A stretch of DNA of 55,606 nt, from positions 1-55,606 of the forward strand of contig JBATFU010000345.1 in NCBI GenBank assembly GCA_049665065.1. Direction: 5' to 3'. Below, piece by piece: positions 18,183 through 27,228 of this stretch (position 1 is its first letter; each line of letters opens with the position of its first letter). The stretch comes from Woeseia sp. (GTDB lineage: Bacteria > Pseudomonadota > Gammaproteobacteria > Steroidobacterales > Woeseiaceae). The translations under genes were made by a program, and so were the position numbers. Under the pieces are notes generated by a model. The model did no database searches. It was given only the letters and a program-made list of their open reading frames with translations, and was not told where the DNA came from.

Positions 18183-19366
18183 ATATTGGCGGCCCCACGG
18201 CCAAGAGCCCTGCGGAGCGTGAAGCGGCTTCGACGATTCCTGTTTATCCGCAGCTTGCGATTGATCCGGTCCGCGCGGCCGGCTGCGACATATTTACGAG
18301 CGACGGGCGGACGATTCTCGACCTCTACGGCGGTCACGCCGTCGCGGCATTGGGCTACTCGCACCCTGCGCTTTACGAGGCCATCGCTACCCAGACGCAG
18401 CGTCTGCTGTTTCAAAGCAATGCCCTCGCGCTCGATATTCGCGCGGCAGCAGCTGAAGCACTGGTCAGCGTTGCGCCCACGTCATTGACTCGCGTGTTTT
18501 TTGTCAACAGCGGCGCGGAAGCCAATGAAAATGCACTTCGCGTTGCCTGCCGCGCCACCGGTCGCAGCAAGATTCTTGCGATCGCGCACGGTTTTCACGG
18601 TCGCACGGCGGCAGCGGCGGCAGTCACCTGGAATTCGGCGAACGGCTGGTACGGTTTTCCGCGCACGCCGTTTGACGTCGAGTTCATTCCGCGCAACGAC
18701 GTTGCCGCGGCGCACAGCATGATTGACGACAGCGTCGCGGCAGTGATCTTTGAGCCGGTGCAGGGCGTCGCGGGTGCGTTTGATCTTGAACGCGACTTCG
18801 TCATTGCAATGCGTAACGCCTGTAGCAAGGCTGGTGCGCTGCTGATTGCCGATGAGGTCCAGTCGGGCATGGGCCGTTCCGGCCAGTTTTTCGCATCGCA
18901 GGTGTTTGCAGTTGCGCCGGATATGCTGACGAGCGCCAAGAGTCTTGGCGGTGGTTTTCCCTGCGGGGCTTTGCTGTGCACGGAAGCCTTGAGTGCCAAG
19001 CTGCACAGTGGCGATCTCGGCTCGACCTTCGGTGGCGGACCGGTCGCCGCCGCTGCGATTGTTGCAGTAATCAAGGCGATTCAGCAGGACGGGCTACTCG
19101 CCAACGTGCGTGAGCGGGAAGCAGAAATTCGCGAGCTGTGCGTCGTCGGCCCGGTGCGCCGCGTGCAGGGTATGGGGCTGTTGCTCGGACTCGTCTGCGA
19201 CCGCCCCGCCCGCGAAGTACACGCCGCATTGCTTGAGCAAGACATACTGACGGGCACCAGCGCAGACCCGCAGGTGATTCGCCTGCTGCCGCCGCTCGTG
19301 TTGCAGTCAGAACATGTGCAGCGGCTGGCCAGCGCGTTGGCGAGTATCGCACCCGCTGCGCGCTGA
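18179..19366 (+). CDS. argD: Acylornithine aminotransferase (class III PLP enzyme)
   Basis: NSGAEANE, FHGRT, DEVQSG, AKSLGGG and GSTFGG; ATGA overlap with argC. Confidence 0.9.
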   Translation: MNIGGPTAKSPAEREAASTIPVYPQLAIDPVRAAGCDIFTSDGRTILDLYGGHAVAALGYSHPALYEAIATQTQRLLFQSNALALDIRAAAAEALVSVAPTSLTRVFFVNSGAEANENALRVACRATGRSKILAIAHGFHGRTAAAAAVTWNSANGWYGFPRTPFDVEFIPRNDVAAAHSMIDDSVAAVIFEPVQGVAGAFDLERDFVIAMRNACSKAGALLIADEVQSGMGRSGQFFASQVFAVAPDMLTSAKSLGGGFPCGALLCTEALSAKLHSGDLGSTFGGGPVAAAAIVAVIKAIQQDGLLANVREREAEIRELCVVGPVRRVQGMGLLLGLVCDRPAREVHAALLEQDILTGTSADPQVIRLLPPLVLQSEHVQRLASALASIAPAAR

Positions 19367-19396
19367 CAAATCAACTCCTAATCCTGAGAACAAACG

Positions 19397-20404
19397 ATGA
19401 AAGCATTTAACGACCTCGCCGATTTTTCCCACGAACAGATTACTGCGCTGCTCGAACTCGCGACGCGACTCGATCACAGCCCGGAGCCAGAAGCCCTGCG
19501 CGGCAAGGTTTTGTCGCTGCTTTTCCTGAGCCCCTCTCTGCGCACGCTGGCATCATTCCAGGCGGCAATGATCAGGCTTGGCGGTGGCTCATTCGTCATT
19601 TCGCCCGACATGTCTATTCATGGGCTCGAAACGCGCCCGGGCATCGTAATGGACGGCACGGCTGCCGAACACATTCGTGAGGCCGTACCGGTCATTGCAT
19701 CTTATGGTGACGCAATCGGTATTCGTGCGTTTGCCGAGCGTCGCAGCCTCGAGACAGATTTAGCCGAAACAGAGTTCTCGTCATTGATCGGACTGGTCGA
19801 CAAGCCTTACATCAACATGGAATCAGCCATGAACCATCCCTGCCAGAGCCTTGCAGACTGGAAAACCATGGACGATCTGAAGATCCCGGCGCAGGGCGGC
19901 AAATTTGTATTGAGCTGGGCATATCACCCGAAAGCTTTGCCACTTGCTGTGCCCTCCGCCGCTGTGCACATGGCGGCCATGCGCGGCATGGACGTAACCG
20001 TATTACGCCCGGAAGGTTTCGAACTGCCGGAAGCCATCATGAAAAAAGCTGCGGCGGCCGCGGCGGCATCAGGCGGGTCGCTACGCGAAACCACCGATCG
20101 CAAAGAAGCGATGCAGGACGCGCAGGTTATTTACGCGAAGTCCTGGTCGTCTACCAGGCATTACGGCAATCATGCAGGCGACCAGGACCTGCGCCGCGGC
20201 CTCGACGACTGGTGCGTCGACGAGCCCTGGTTCGACAATGCGCGCGACGACTGCCGCTTCATGCATTGCCTGCCGGTGCGACGTGGCGTGGTCGTTAGCG
20301 AGGCGGTGCTGGACGGCCCGCGCAGCGTCGTGATCCACGAGGCACGCAATCGCATGCTGGCGCAGATGGCCGTGTTGCACCAGATGCTGGGAGCACGCAA
20401 ATGA
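19397..20404 (+). CDS. argF': N-acylornithine carbamoyltransferase (ArgF' type), probably succinyl-specific
   Basis: SLRT, HPCQ, WAYHPK, YAKSW and HCLPVRR; lacks the OTC SMG motif; has the 80s-loop MDGTAAEH. Confidence 0.85.
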   Translation: MKAFNDLADFSHEQITALLELATRLDHSPEPEALRGKVLSLLFLSPSLRTLASFQAAMIRLGGGSFVISPDMSIHGLETRPGIVMDGTAAEHIREAVPVIASYGDAIGIRAFAERRSLETDLAETEFSSLIGLVDKPYINMESAMNHPCQSLADWKTMDDLKIPAQGGKFVLSWAYHPKALPLAVPSAAVHMAAMRGMDVTVLRPEGFELPEAIMKKAAAAAAASGGSLRETTDRKEAMQDAQVIYAKSWSSTRHYGNHAGDQDLRRGLDDWCVDEPWFDNARDDCRFMHCLPVRRGVVVSEAVLDGPRSVVIHEARNRMLAQMAVLHQMLGARK

Positions 20405-21339
20405 TTGTCAACCATGATCGCGATGCGGTCGTCTCCGCACTGAAACACGCGGTGCCCTACATTCGCCTGTTCAAGCACAAGATATTTGTGCTGAAGGCTG
20501 GCGGCGAAGTGTTCGCAGACCCCGAGGCAACCCGCGCGCTGCTCGAGCAGGTTGGCATCCTGTACCAGGTTGGCATCCGCGTTGTCCTCGTGCACGGCGG
20601 CGGCCCGCAGTCGACACGCCTCGCGAAGTCGCTCGGGCTCGACCCGCAGTTTGTGGACGGGCGCCGCGTAACGGATGCGCAGTCACTCGATGTCGCAACA
20701 ATGGTTCTGAATGGCGAGGTGAACACCCGCATCCTGGCCGCCTGTCGCGATGTAGAAATTCCCGCTGTCGGCATCAGCGGTGTTGACGCCGGCCTGATTC
20801 GCGCGATCAAAAGACCGCCGGTAAAGCAGCCGGGCGGCAAGTCCGTAGACTACGGCTTCGTCGGCGATATTGAGGGCGTTGATGCAAACGTGTTGCGCAA
20901 GCAACTCGACAACGGCCTCGTGCCGGTCGTCAGTCCCTTGTCCTGCGACGAAAAAGGCACGCTGCTGAATATCAACGCCGACACCGTCGCCGCCGCGATA
21001 GCCGCAGAGCTTGGTGCGGAAAAACTGATTCTTGCGACCGGCGCACCCGGCATCCTCGCCGATCGCAACGACCCGCGCTCGTTAATCTCCTACATCGATC
21101 GCGCAGGCTTGCACAAAATGCGCGACAGCGGCCAGCTGGCAGATGGCATGCTGCCGAAAGCCGCGGCCATCGACGCAGCCATCGACAATGGCGTCAAACG
21201 CGTGCACATCATCACGTACAAAGTTCCGGACAGCCTGCTCCTCGAGGTCTTCACCAACGAGGGCACTGGCACATTGGTTGTCGACGACATCAGCGCACTC
21301 TCCCCGGCGGAACAAACCGCAAGCGGATCCGCATCATGA
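20401..21339 (+). CDS. argB: N-acylglutamate kinase
   Basis: VLKAGG, VHGGGPQ, GRRVT, NINADT, GMLPK and EVFTNEGTGT. No C-terminal GNAT domain, so not an ArgA fusion. Confidence 0.92.
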   Translation: MIVNHDRDAVVSALKHAVPYIRLFKHKIFVLKAGGEVFADPEATRALLEQVGILYQVGIRVVLVHGGGPQSTRLAKSLGLDPQFVDGRRVTDAQSLDVATMVLNGEVNTRILAACRDVEIPAVGISGVDAGLIRAIKRPPVKQPGGKSVDYGFVGDIEGVDANVLRKQLDNGLVPVVSPLSCDEKGTLLNINADTVAAAIAAELGAEKLILATGAPGILADRNDPRSLISYIDRAGLHKMRDSGQLADGMLPKAAAIDAAIDNGVKRVHIITYKVPDSLLLEVFTNEGTGTLVVDDISALSPAEQTASGSAS

Positions 21340-22532
21340 GTCGGCTCTGGGAAAAAGGCCTGCCACTCGACGAACGCGTCTTGCGGTATACGGCCGGCGA
21401 AGACCACGTACTCGATGCGCGACTTGTGGACTACGATATTCGCGGCTCCATCGCTCACGCCGAAATGCTGGCCGCGCAGGGCCTGCTGAGCAAGTCGGAT
21501 TGCGCGGCGATCTGCGGCGGCCTCAAAAAGCTTGGTGAGCAATTTCACGCCGGCGACTGGCAAATCGAACTTGCCGATGAAGACGTGCACACGGCTCTGG
21601 AAACCCGACTCACAACGCTGATCGGCGGAGCCGGCGGCCGCCTGCATCTCGGCCGCTCGCGCAATGACCAGGTGCTTACCGCGCTGCGCCTGTACCTGCG
21701 CGATGCGGCGGATCAGGTTCAGGAAAGCGTGCGCGGTTTGCTCGAGTCACTCACAGCGCTTCGCGAAAAACAGGGTGAGGTTGTGTTGCCCGGTTACACG
21801 CACATGCAGCAGGCTATGCCTTCGTCCGTTAACTGGTGGGCTGGCGGTTTTGAAGAGGCCTTCGCTGACGCGCTCGCCGGACTCGATGCAAGTCGCCGGC
21901 GCATGAACAAGAATCCGCTCGGCAGTGCGGCCGGTTACGGCACGCCCGGCCTGCAACTGGATCGTGACATGACCAGCAAGGCGCTCGGCTTTGCCGAAAC
22001 GCAAGCACCCGTCACGGCCGTCCAGCTATCACGCGGCAAGGCCGAAGCGGGCCTGTTGTTTGAACTGACGCTGCTGATGCAGGACCTTGCCCGCCTGTCG
22101 TCCGATCTGTTGCTGTTTTATACACAGGAATTCGGCTATATCTCGCTGGCTGACGACGTCACCACCGGCTCATCCATCATGCCGCAGAAGCGCAACCCGG
22201 ATGTACTGGAACTGGTACGCGGTGCGAGCGCCACTGTCAGCGCCTGTTTGCAGGAGTGCCTGCTGCTCGTTGCAAAACTGCCGAGCGGCTTCCAGCGCGA
22301 TGCGCAGCGCATCAAAGCGCCGCTGTTCCGCGGCATCGACCTGACGATCGACAGCGTCGATGTCATGGCCTACCTGTTAAGCCGCATGGAATTTAATCCC
22401 GACAAGATCAAGCTCGACGACGGCCTGTACGCCGCTGAGCGCGCCTATGCGCTCGTCGCCAACGAGGGCATCCCGTTTCGCGATGCCTACCGCATGGTCG
22501 CAAAAGAATACGGCGCGAAGCCGGCAGACTAG
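21336..22532 (+). CDS. argH: Argininosuccinate lyase (short form)
   Basis: HLGRSRNDQ, PGYTHMQ, GSSIMPQKRNPD and FRDAY. Confidence 0.95.
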   Translation: MSRLWEKGLPLDERVLRYTAGEDHVLDARLVDYDIRGSIAHAEMLAAQGLLSKSDCAAICGGLKKLGEQFHAGDWQIELADEDVHTALETRLTTLIGGAGGRLHLGRSRNDQVLTALRLYLRDAADQVQESVRGLLESLTALREKQGEVVLPGYTHMQQAMPSSVNWWAGGFEEAFADALAGLDASRRRMNKNPLGSAAGYGTPGLQLDRDMTSKALGFAETQAPVTAVQLSRGKAEAGLLFELTLLMQDLARLSSDLLLFYTQEFGYISLADDVTTGSSIMPQKRNPDVLELVRGASATVSACLQECLLLVAKLPSGFQRDAQRIKAPLFRGIDLTIDSVDVMAYLLSRMEFNPDKIKLDDGLYAAERAYALVANEGIPFRDAYRMVAKEYGAKPAD

Positions 22533-22598
22533 CGGCATTCGCGGCGCAACGGACCGCCAATGCGGTACCATGCGGTTTCTTTTGCACGGGCTTACACG

Positions 22599-22799
22599 AT
22601 GAAACCTATCCGCCGAATTTCCCTGTTCCTGATAAGCGTCCTGCTGCTCGCCGCCTGCGGCCAGAAGGGTCCGCTGTATCTGCCAGGCAACCCGACCGCA
22701 GTGCGCAGCGACGTGCCGTCAACCAACGCCTCCACCGTCCCGGAAGAGGAGGAGGAAGAGGAAGCAAAAGCAGCTGAGGACGAGCCGCAACAGCCCTGA
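22599..22799 (+). CDS. lptM: LPS translocon maturation lipoprotein LptM/YifL
   Basis: Lipobox LAAC followed by GQKGPLYLP; acidic disordered tail. Confidence 0.85.
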   Translation: MKPIRRISLFLISVLLLAACGQKGPLYLPGNPTAVRSDVPSTNASTVPEEEEEEEAKAAEDEPQQP

Positions 22800-22811
22800 C
22801 GGACGGCAGCA

Positions 22812-25529
22812 ATGAGCAAGCAAAAACTGGTTCTCGTTGACGGTTCCTCCTACCTGTACCGCGCGTTTCACGCGCTGCCACCGCTGACGAATTCGTCCGG
22901 CGAACCGACAGGCGCGCTGCACGGCGTGCTGAATATGCTGATGAAACTGACGCGCGAGGAGCCCGACGCCTTCCTTGCCGTCGTTTTCGATGCACCGGGC
23001 AAAACCTTTCGCGACGAACTCTTTGAGGAGTACAAGGCAAACCGGCCGCCTATGCCGGACGAGTTGCGCGAACAGATCGCGCCGTTGCTTGAAGCGGTTC
23101 CGGCCCTCGGCCTGCCAATGATCCGTAAAGAAGGCGTTGAGGCCGACGACGTTATTGGCACCTTGTGTCGTCGTGCCATTGCCGAGGGCATGGAAGTGCT
23201 CGTATCAACCGGCGACAAGGACATGGCGCAACTCGTTGAAGACGGCGTGACGCTGGTCAACACGATGACCGATACGGTCCTGGATCGCGACGGCGTGCAC
23301 AACAAGTTTGACGTCTGGCCGGAACAGATCATCGACTACCTGGCACTCGTCGGCGACAAGTCCGACAACATTCCGGGCGTACCGAAAGTCGGCCCGAAGA
23401 CCGCGGCGAAGTGGTTAAAGGAATACGACAGCGTGGAAAACCTGATCGCGCATGCCGACGAGATCGGCGGCAAAGTCGGCGAAAGCCTGCGCGACAATCT
23501 TGAACAGCTGCGCCTGTCGCAGCAGCTTGCAACGATTCACCTTGACGTGGAACTCGACGAGAAACCAACTGAACTCAAGCGTGGTGCGATCAACGCAGAG
23601 CTGATGCGAGGCATTTGTGATCGCTTCGAACTGCGCAGCCTCGCACGCCAACTCGGTGAAGCGCCGGTGACGGCAGCTGGCGATGCGGCCGAGGAAACCG
23701 CAGAAGTCAGCGGCCGCGTGCAGGGCGAATACGAAACCGTGCTGACGCAATCCGCGCTCGACAAGTGGCTGAAAAAGATTGCCAAGGCCGAACTCGTCGC
23801 GCTCGACACCGAAACCACGAGCCTCAATTACATGGAAGCCGAGATGGTCGGCATCTCGCTCGCCGTTGCCGAAGGTGAAGCCGCCTACATTCCACTGGCG
23901 CACGACTACCCGGGCGCGCCGGATCAGCTCGACCGGGCGGCGGTTTTGAAAAAGATGAAAGCCTGGCTGGAAGACGACAAGGCCGCCAAGGTCGGCCATC
24001 ACCTGAAGTACGACGCACACATATTTGCGCGTTACGACATTCAGCTGGCCGGCATGCGGTATGACTCGATGCTGGAATCGTATGTCCTGAACAGCGTTGC
24101 GACGCGTCACGACATGGACTCGACGGCACGCCACTATCTCGGCGTAGAAACCATCCACTACGAAGATGTCGCCGGCAAGGGCGCGAAGCAGCTGACCTTC
24201 AACCAGGTCGCGCTCGAAGAAGCCGCGCCCTACGCCGCCGAAGACGCCGATATCACGCTGCGGCTGCATCGCAAGCTGTGGAGCGAGCTGGGCAAGGTCG
24301 GTGACTTGCAGAAACTCTACACGTCCGTAGAGCAGCCGCTCGTGCCGGTGCTGTTTGCGATGGAAGAAACCGGCGTGCTCGTTGACCGCGCGATGTTGAA
24401 GAAACAGAGCGGCGAACTGGCAAAAACCATGCAGCGTCTTGAGAAAGAAGCGCACGAGGCTGCCGGCGGCCCGTTCAATCTCGGCTCGCCGATGCAGCTT
24501 CAACAAATCCTGTTCGAAGACCAGGGGCTGCCGGTTATTCGCAAGACACCGAAAGGCCAGCCGTCCACCGCGGAAGACGTATTGCAGGAACTCGCCGCTG
24601 ACTACGACCTGCCGCGCATCATTCTCGAGTACCGCAGTGTCAGCAAACTGAAAAGCACTTACACCGACAAACTGCCGCTGCAGATCTGCAAAGAGACCGG
24701 CCGCATTCACACCTCGTATCACCAGGCGGTTGCGGCAACCGGGCGTTTGTCTTCAACGGACCCGAACCTGCAAAACATTCCAATTCGCAACGAGGAAGGC
24801 CGCCGCATTCGCAAGGCGTTCGTGTCCCCGCAAGGCACACTGCTGCTCGCGGCGGATTATTCGCAGATCGAGCTGCGCATCATGGCGCACCTGTCTGGCG
24901 ATGCAGGCCTGCTCGAGGCCTTTAACGAAGAGCGGGATGTACACCAGGCGACGGCGGCCGAAGTCTTCGGCGTTCCGATCGACAAGGTCACGAGCGACCA
25001 GCGCCGCTCGGCGAAAGCGATTAACTTCGGGCTGATGTACGGCATGTCCGCATTCGGTCTCGCGAAGCAGCTCGGCACGAGCCGCGGCGAAGCGCAGGAA
25101 TACGTCGACCTGTATTTCGATCGCTATCCGGGGGTGAAAGCCTACATGGACAACATACGGATGCAGGCCAAGGACTCAGGCTTCGTCGAGACGCTGTTCG
25201 GCCGCCGCCTGTACCTGCCGCAGATCAACGACCGCAACGCACAGCGCCGCCAGTATGCGGAGCGCAGCGCAATCAACGCGCCGATGCAGGGCACGGCAGC
25301 CGACATCATCAAGAAGGCGATGATTGATGTGCACGCCTGGCTCCTGAAGTCCAAAGTGCCAGCGCGGCTCATCATGCAGGTGCATGACGAACTGGTGCTG
25401 GAAGTCCAGGAGAGCGCTGTCGAGGAGGTGCGAGCCGGGATTATCAGCCGCATGAGCGCGGCCGCCAGCCTCAAGGTGCCGCTGGTGGTCGAGGCAGGCA
25501 CCGGGCTGGACTGGGACGAAGCCCACTGA
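22812..25529 (+). CDS. polA: DNA polymerase I
   Basis: 5'-3' exonuclease (DGSSYLYRAFHA), 3'-5' exonuclease (DTETT) and polymerase motifs DYSQIELR, KAINFGLMYG and QVHDE. Confidence 0.98.
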   Translation: MSKQKLVLVDGSSYLYRAFHALPPLTNSSGEPTGALHGVLNMLMKLTREEPDAFLAVVFDAPGKTFRDELFEEYKANRPPMPDELREQIAPLLEAVPALGLPMIRKEGVEADDVIGTLCRRAIAEGMEVLVSTGDKDMAQLVEDGVTLVNTMTDTVLDRDGVHNKFDVWPEQIIDYLALVGDKSDNIPGVPKVGPKTAAKWLKEYDSVENLIAHADEIGGKVGESLRDNLEQLRLSQQLATIHLDVELDEKPTELKRGAINAELMRGICDRFELRSLARQLGEAPVTAAGDAAEETAEVSGRVQGEYETVLTQSALDKWLKKIAKAELVALDTETTSLNYMEAEMVGISLAVAEGEAAYIPLAHDYPGAPDQLDRAAVLKKMKAWLEDDKAAKVGHHLKYDAHIFARYDIQLAGMRYDSMLESYVLNSVATRHDMDSTARHYLGVETIHYEDVAGKGAKQLTFNQVALEEAAPYAAEDADITLRLHRKLWSELGKVGDLQKLYTSVEQPLVPVLFAMEETGVLVDRAMLKKQSGELAKTMQRLEKEAHEAAGGPFNLGSPMQLQQILFEDQGLPVIRKTPKGQPSTAEDVLQELAADYDLPRIILEYRSVSKLKSTYTDKLPLQICKETGRIHTSYHQAVAATGRLSSTDPNLQNIPIRNEEGRRIRKAFVSPQGTLLLAADYSQIELRIMAHLSGDAGLLEAFNEERDVHQATAAEVFGVPIDKVTSDQRRSAKAINFGLMYGMSAFGLAKQLGTSRGEAQEYVDLYFDRYPGVKAYMDNIRMQAKDSGFVETLFGRRLYLPQINDRNAQRRQYAERSAINAPMQGTAADIIKKAMIDVHAWLLKSKVPARLIMQVHDELVLEVQESAVEEVRAGIISRMSAAASLKVPLVVEAGTGLDWDEAH

Positions 25530-25571
25530 ACCAGATAATAACTAGTAAAATCAAATATTTGGGATTTTCCC

Positions 25572-25599
25572 GGAACTCGTCGGCAAATGCCCGTTCCAA
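25572..25599 (+). promoter_or_regulatory. Sigma-E/AlgU-type promoter
   Basis: gGAACTC (25572-25578), 16-nt spacer, TCCAA (25595-25599), matching GAACTT-N16/17-TCnAA. Confidence 0.6.
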
Positions 25600-25604
25600 A
25601 TGAA

Positions 25605-25713
25605 CGAGTGCTTGTCACTCGCCTGTTTACCTCCCTAATCAGGCTTGCAGGCGGTTGCCCCAAACCACCTGCTACCCTTTGACCCCGGACGCCGCTGGCC
25701 TCCGGGGTTTTTT
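25605..25713 (+). ncRNA. Candidate small RNA at the Spot42/ErsA/sX13 position
   Basis: Three consecutive hairpins (25605-25621, 25621-25644 with loop CCTCCC, 25647-25672 with loop GCCCCA), then an intrinsic terminator; promoter immediately upstream; lies between polA and engB. Confidence 0.7.
25683..25713 (+). terminator. Rho-independent terminator
   Basis: CCCCGGAcGCC-gct-GGCcTCCGGGG followed by T6. Confidence 0.85.
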
Positions 25714-26302
25714 ATGCGTCCGCCGCGAGGAATGCGGCCAGCGTCTCGCGCGCCTCATCGACGCCGCTGCGTTTCAATGACGAGAACAGCTGCACGGTGA
25801 CCGCCTCGCCCAGTTCGCGTCGCGCGGTCAACAGCGCGGTTGCAGCCTGGCCACGCTTCAGCTTGTCTGATTTGGTCAGCAGCACGTGCACCGGTACTTC
25901 CACCGAGGCGCAGAGGCTCAACAGCTGTCGGTCGAAATCGGTGATGCCGCGGCGGATATCCACGACCAGCAGCAGCCCGCGCAGGCTGTCGCGATTTTCG
26001 AAATACTGCTGAATAAGCCGACCCCAGTGGGCCCGCATGCTCTCCGCGACCTTCGCGAAACCATAGCCCGGCAGATCCACGAGACGCAGTCCGTCGGCCA
26101 GCGCAAAAAAATTGATGAGCTGCGTACGGCCCGGCGTTTTGCTGGTCCGCGCGAACTGGCGGCGGTTGACGATAACGTTGATCGCGCTGGATTTACCGGC
26201 ATTTGAGCGGCCGGCGACGGCAACCTCGCGACCCTCATCAGGCAGGAACTGCGCCGGGGCATTGGCGCTGGTCAGGAATGCTGCATCGGGGTATTGCGAC
26301 AT
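25712..26302 (-). CDS. engB: Ribosome biogenesis GTPase EngB/YihA
   Basis: GRSNAGKSS, SKTPGRT, DLPGYG and TKSDK. Confidence 0.96.
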   Translation of the reverse strand: MSQYPDAAFLTSANAPAQFLPDEGREVAVAGRSNAGKSSAINVIVNRRQFARTSKTPGRTQLINFFALADGLRLVDLPGYGFAKVAESMRAHWGRLIQQYFENRDSLRGLLLVVDIRRGITDFDRQLLSLCASVEVPVHVLLTKSDKLKRGQAATALLTARRELGEAVTVQLFSSLKRSGVDEARETLAAFLAADA

Positions 26303-26511
26303 GGGATACCGCCCCGATATGTGTATAATTTGGGGCCTTCTGAGATCGGTTTTGGATGGCCTATAGTGAACGCTTGGGCGGCCGGCGGCAACACGCGACG
26401 GAGCAGCCCGAAACCAATCGCCCAGAATATTTCTCTTACTCGTGACGGTGCCGGGCAGTTAATGACTGGCGGCCGCCACGAACGGCGAACCAGGTAACGG
26501 TTAATTACTTT

Positions 26512-27153
26512 ATGAAATTCAAGCTCGCATTTTTGCTCCTGACATTGCCGCTTGCCGCATTGGCCAGTGAAGAAACCCTCGTTGACGGCTCTGCCGATGC
26601 CGGCAAGGCGAAAGCCATTACCTGTGGCGCCTGCCACGGCGGCGACGGCAACAGCGTCAACCCCGAATGGCCGAGTCTGGCTGGCCAGAATGCCAAGTAC
26701 ATCGTTGAACAACTGCAGGCGTTCAAGTCAGGCACGCGCGTCAATGCGCTAATGAGTGCGCAGGCGATGATGTTGTCCGACGAAGACATGCGCAACCTGG
26801 CCGTTTACTACGCCGTACAGCGCGCTGCCGCAAAAACGGTTGCCGACGAGAAGCTCGTCAACAAGGGCGAAGCGCTGTATCGCGCAGGTAACAAGGAAAC
26901 CGGCGTGTCCGCCTGCCTGGCCTGTCACGGCCCGACCGGAGTGGGTAACCCCGCCGTGCCCTATCCGAAGCTGCGCGGCCAATATGCGACCTACACGGCA
27001 AAGCAGCTGCGCGATTATGCGAGTGGCGCCCGCAAGTCAGACGGCTCCACGCAAATCATGCGCAATATTGCCGCCCGCATGAGCGAGAGTGAAATCGTTG
27101 CCGTGGCCGCCTACATCCAGGGCCTGCGCGGCGGGGTCGCGGCCAGCGACTAG
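26512..27153 (+). CDS. Diheme cytochrome c4
   Basis: Signal peptide and two CxxCH motifs (CGACH, CLACH); conserved engB-c4-dsbA gene order. Confidence 0.92.
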   Translation: MKFKLAFLLLTLPLAALASEETLVDGSADAGKAKAITCGACHGGDGNSVNPEWPSLAGQNAKYIVEQLQAFKSGTRVNALMSAQAMMLSDEDMRNLAVYYAVQRAAAKTVADEKLVNKGEALYRAGNKETGVSACLACHGPTGVGNPAVPYPKLRGQYATYTAKQLRDYASGARKSDGSTQIMRNIAARMSESEIVAVAAYIQGLRGGVAASD

Positions 27154-27228
27154 TCCCGTCAACGCCTGTTTTTCCGAATTTTTCTGCAGCAACAAGGTCT
27201 CAGGCTGCATACCCGATTGGAGCACATT

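Noticed and set aside
22599..22799. GAG/GAA run encoding poly-Glu, and lptM placed before polA instead of lysA/dapF
   Set aside because: A low-complexity disordered tail is normal for LptM, and the gene order difference is a simple rearrangement.
26303..26511. Long engB/cytochrome c4 spacer with TATAAT at 26324-26329, as a riboswitch or CsrC-like RNA
   Set aside because: No repeated GGA loops, terminator or recognisable aptamer; most likely an ordinary divergent promoter region.
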